Source: Escherichia coli
GTDB taxonomy: Bacteria > Pseudomonadota > Gammaproteobacteria > Enterobacterales > Enterobacteriaceae
Assembly: GCF_003334255.1 (NCBI RefSeq)
Contig: NZ_QOWU01000055.1
Reading direction: 5' to 3' (one strand)
Length of the DNA stretch: 38,946 nucleotides
The position numbers and the translations under genes were made by a program. This document shows positions 37,823 to 38,946 of this stretch, in pieces. Every line of letters starts with the position of its first letter. The first letter of the stretch is position 1. Below the pieces are notes generated by a model, which did no database searches, was not told the DNA's origin, and was given only the letters and a program-made list of their open reading frames with translations.

Positions 37823-38089
37823 TTAACGTAACTGGCTGTCTTTCGAACCTCTGCGATTATATCCTGTATAAGCTGGTTTTTGTAAATCTTTCTCCTGCTG
37901 ACAATGAATACATAAGCGCACGCCAGGAATGGCTTCCCGACGGGCCTGCGGGATGGGGGCACCGCACTCTTCACATTCATCCAGGCTTTCGCCGCGCGGA
38001 ATTTCACCCCGAGCGCGGGCAATCGCATCTTCAATTGTACTGTTGATCTGTTCGTTGACGGCGTCATCGTTAGCCCAACCGGATGCCAT
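37823..38089 (-). CDS. ybiI: DksA/TraR-family C4-type zinc-finger protein
   Basis: 88-aa ORF with CxxC...CxxC (CEECGAPIPQARREAIPGVRLCIHCQ). Confidence 0.85.
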   Translation of the reverse strand: MASGWANDDAVNEQINSTIEDAIARARGEIPRGESLDECEECGAPIPQARREAIPGVRLCIHCQQEKDLQKPAYTGYNRRGSKDSQLR

Positions 38090-38162
38090 ATCGACCTCCC
38101 CATATCAATACTTGTACAGTTAAGTGTAGCTAATCCAGGGACGAACTCGGGCAGTTCAAGCA

Positions 38163-38840
38163 TCAGATCTCCGACCATTCCCGCAGCAGATTATGATAAA
38201 GATTAAGCAGCGACAGGATCTCTTCACTTTCGCCGTAGCGGCTTTTCAGCGACTGAATATTGTTGTCCAGTTCAAACAGCATGGCGCGCTTTTTATCATC
38301 GCGGATCATCGACTGGATCCACATAAATGATGCCACTCGTACGCCGCGGGTTACGGGTGTCACGCAATGCAGGCTGCTGGAGGGATACAACACGAGATCG
38401 CCTGCCGGGAGTTTTACCCGATGTTGTCCGAAGGTGTCATTAACGACCAGTTCGCCGCCGTCGTAGCTTTGTGGATCGCTTAAAAACAGCGTGGCAGAAA
38501 GGTCAGTACGCATCCAGCCGTTTTGTGGATGGCTGCGTACTGCGCCATCCACATGGAAACCATAGGTTTCATTGTTCTGATAGCGATTAAACAGCGGCGT
38601 GGAAAGGGTACGCGGCAAGGCCGCGGCAAAGAATAAAGCATGTTGGTTAACCGCGTTCAGCACCTCATTTTGCAGGGCGGCGTATAACGTGCTGCGGGTG
38701 TCGACCTGTTGATTGTTCTTAACTTGCGCACCTTGTGCGCCGGTGGTGACGCGTCCATCCACCCATTCGGCTTGTTCCAGTTGTTCGCGAAAACGAGCGA
38801 CGTCCTGTGGCGATAACACGCCGGGAATGTGGTACATCAT
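38163..38840 (-). CDS. ybiX: PKHD-type Fe(II)/2-oxoglutarate-dependent hydroxylase
   Basis: ORF track frame 38163..38873; start [17 protein letters not shown] giving 225 aa. Confidence 0.85.
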
Positions 38841-38883
38841 ACAATTTCTCCAAAAAGTGGGGCCTGCGCCCATAAGCGCTAAC

Positions 38884-38946
38884 TTAAGGGTTGAACCATC
38901 TGAAGAATGCGACGCCTCGGTGCCTCGTTAAGACGATGCCTCGCGT
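38884..38946 (-). CDS. 3' end of an upstream minus-strand gene (by synteny possibly the catecholate siderophore receptor fiu); partial
   Basis: Open minus-strand frame entering from the window edge and stopping at 38884-38886, 43 bp upstream of ybiX. Too short to identify from sequence; the assignment rests on synteny only. Confidence 0.25.

Noticed and set aside
37801-38178. 125-aa minus-strand ORF overlapping ybiI in another frame
   Set aside because: The ybiI frame (88 aa) carries the recognisable C4 zinc-finger motif; the overlapping frame has no recognisable features.
38884-38946. Attempt to confirm the window-edge partial ORF as the fiu TonB-dependent receptor from its C-terminal residues
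   Set aside because: The translated tail does not end in the aromatic residue typical of TonB-dependent receptors in the frame I read, and about 20 codons are too few to decide; kept only as a low-confidence partial CDS.

Overview
This window reads as a conserved E. coli-type chromosomal core segment (the ybhH to ybiX stretch around the biotin, uvrB and moa loci), with about 36 intact genes and no prophage, integron, CRISPR or defence island that I can see. Gene calls rest on my own recognition of the translated ORFs and their synteny, not on a database search. Gene order: IS1 end | truncated LysR regulator (ybhD-like) | ybhH-ybhI-ybhJ | ybhC, ybhB, bioA (minus) | bioBFCD | uvrB | ybhK | moaABCDE | ybhL | ybhM | ybhN-clsB-ybhP (minus) | ybhQ | cecR-ybhGFSR (minus) | rhlE | ybiA | dinG-ybiB | hcxB | ybiJ, ybiI, ybiX (minus). 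The most notable observation is at the left edge: bases 1-77 are the terminal segment of an IS1 element, which cuts a LysR-family regulator down to its N-terminal helix-turn-helix; that regulator is divergent from the uncharacterised ybhHIJ cluster (PrpF-like isomerase, DASS transporter, aconitase-family protein). Other points worth a second look are a 21-bp perfect palindrome between ybhH and ybhI, an ERIC element plus a hairpin over the ybhJ start region, paired inverted DnaA boxes upstream of uvrB, a candidate TetR-type operator at cecR, an inverted repeat between ybhP and ybhQ, and the AT-rich ybhM paralogue. Regulatory sites (BirA operator, LexA boxes, ModE operator, Moco riboswitch) and REP/BIME repeats were located by eye. 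Coordinates of short motifs were indexed by hand and may be off by 1-2 bp.
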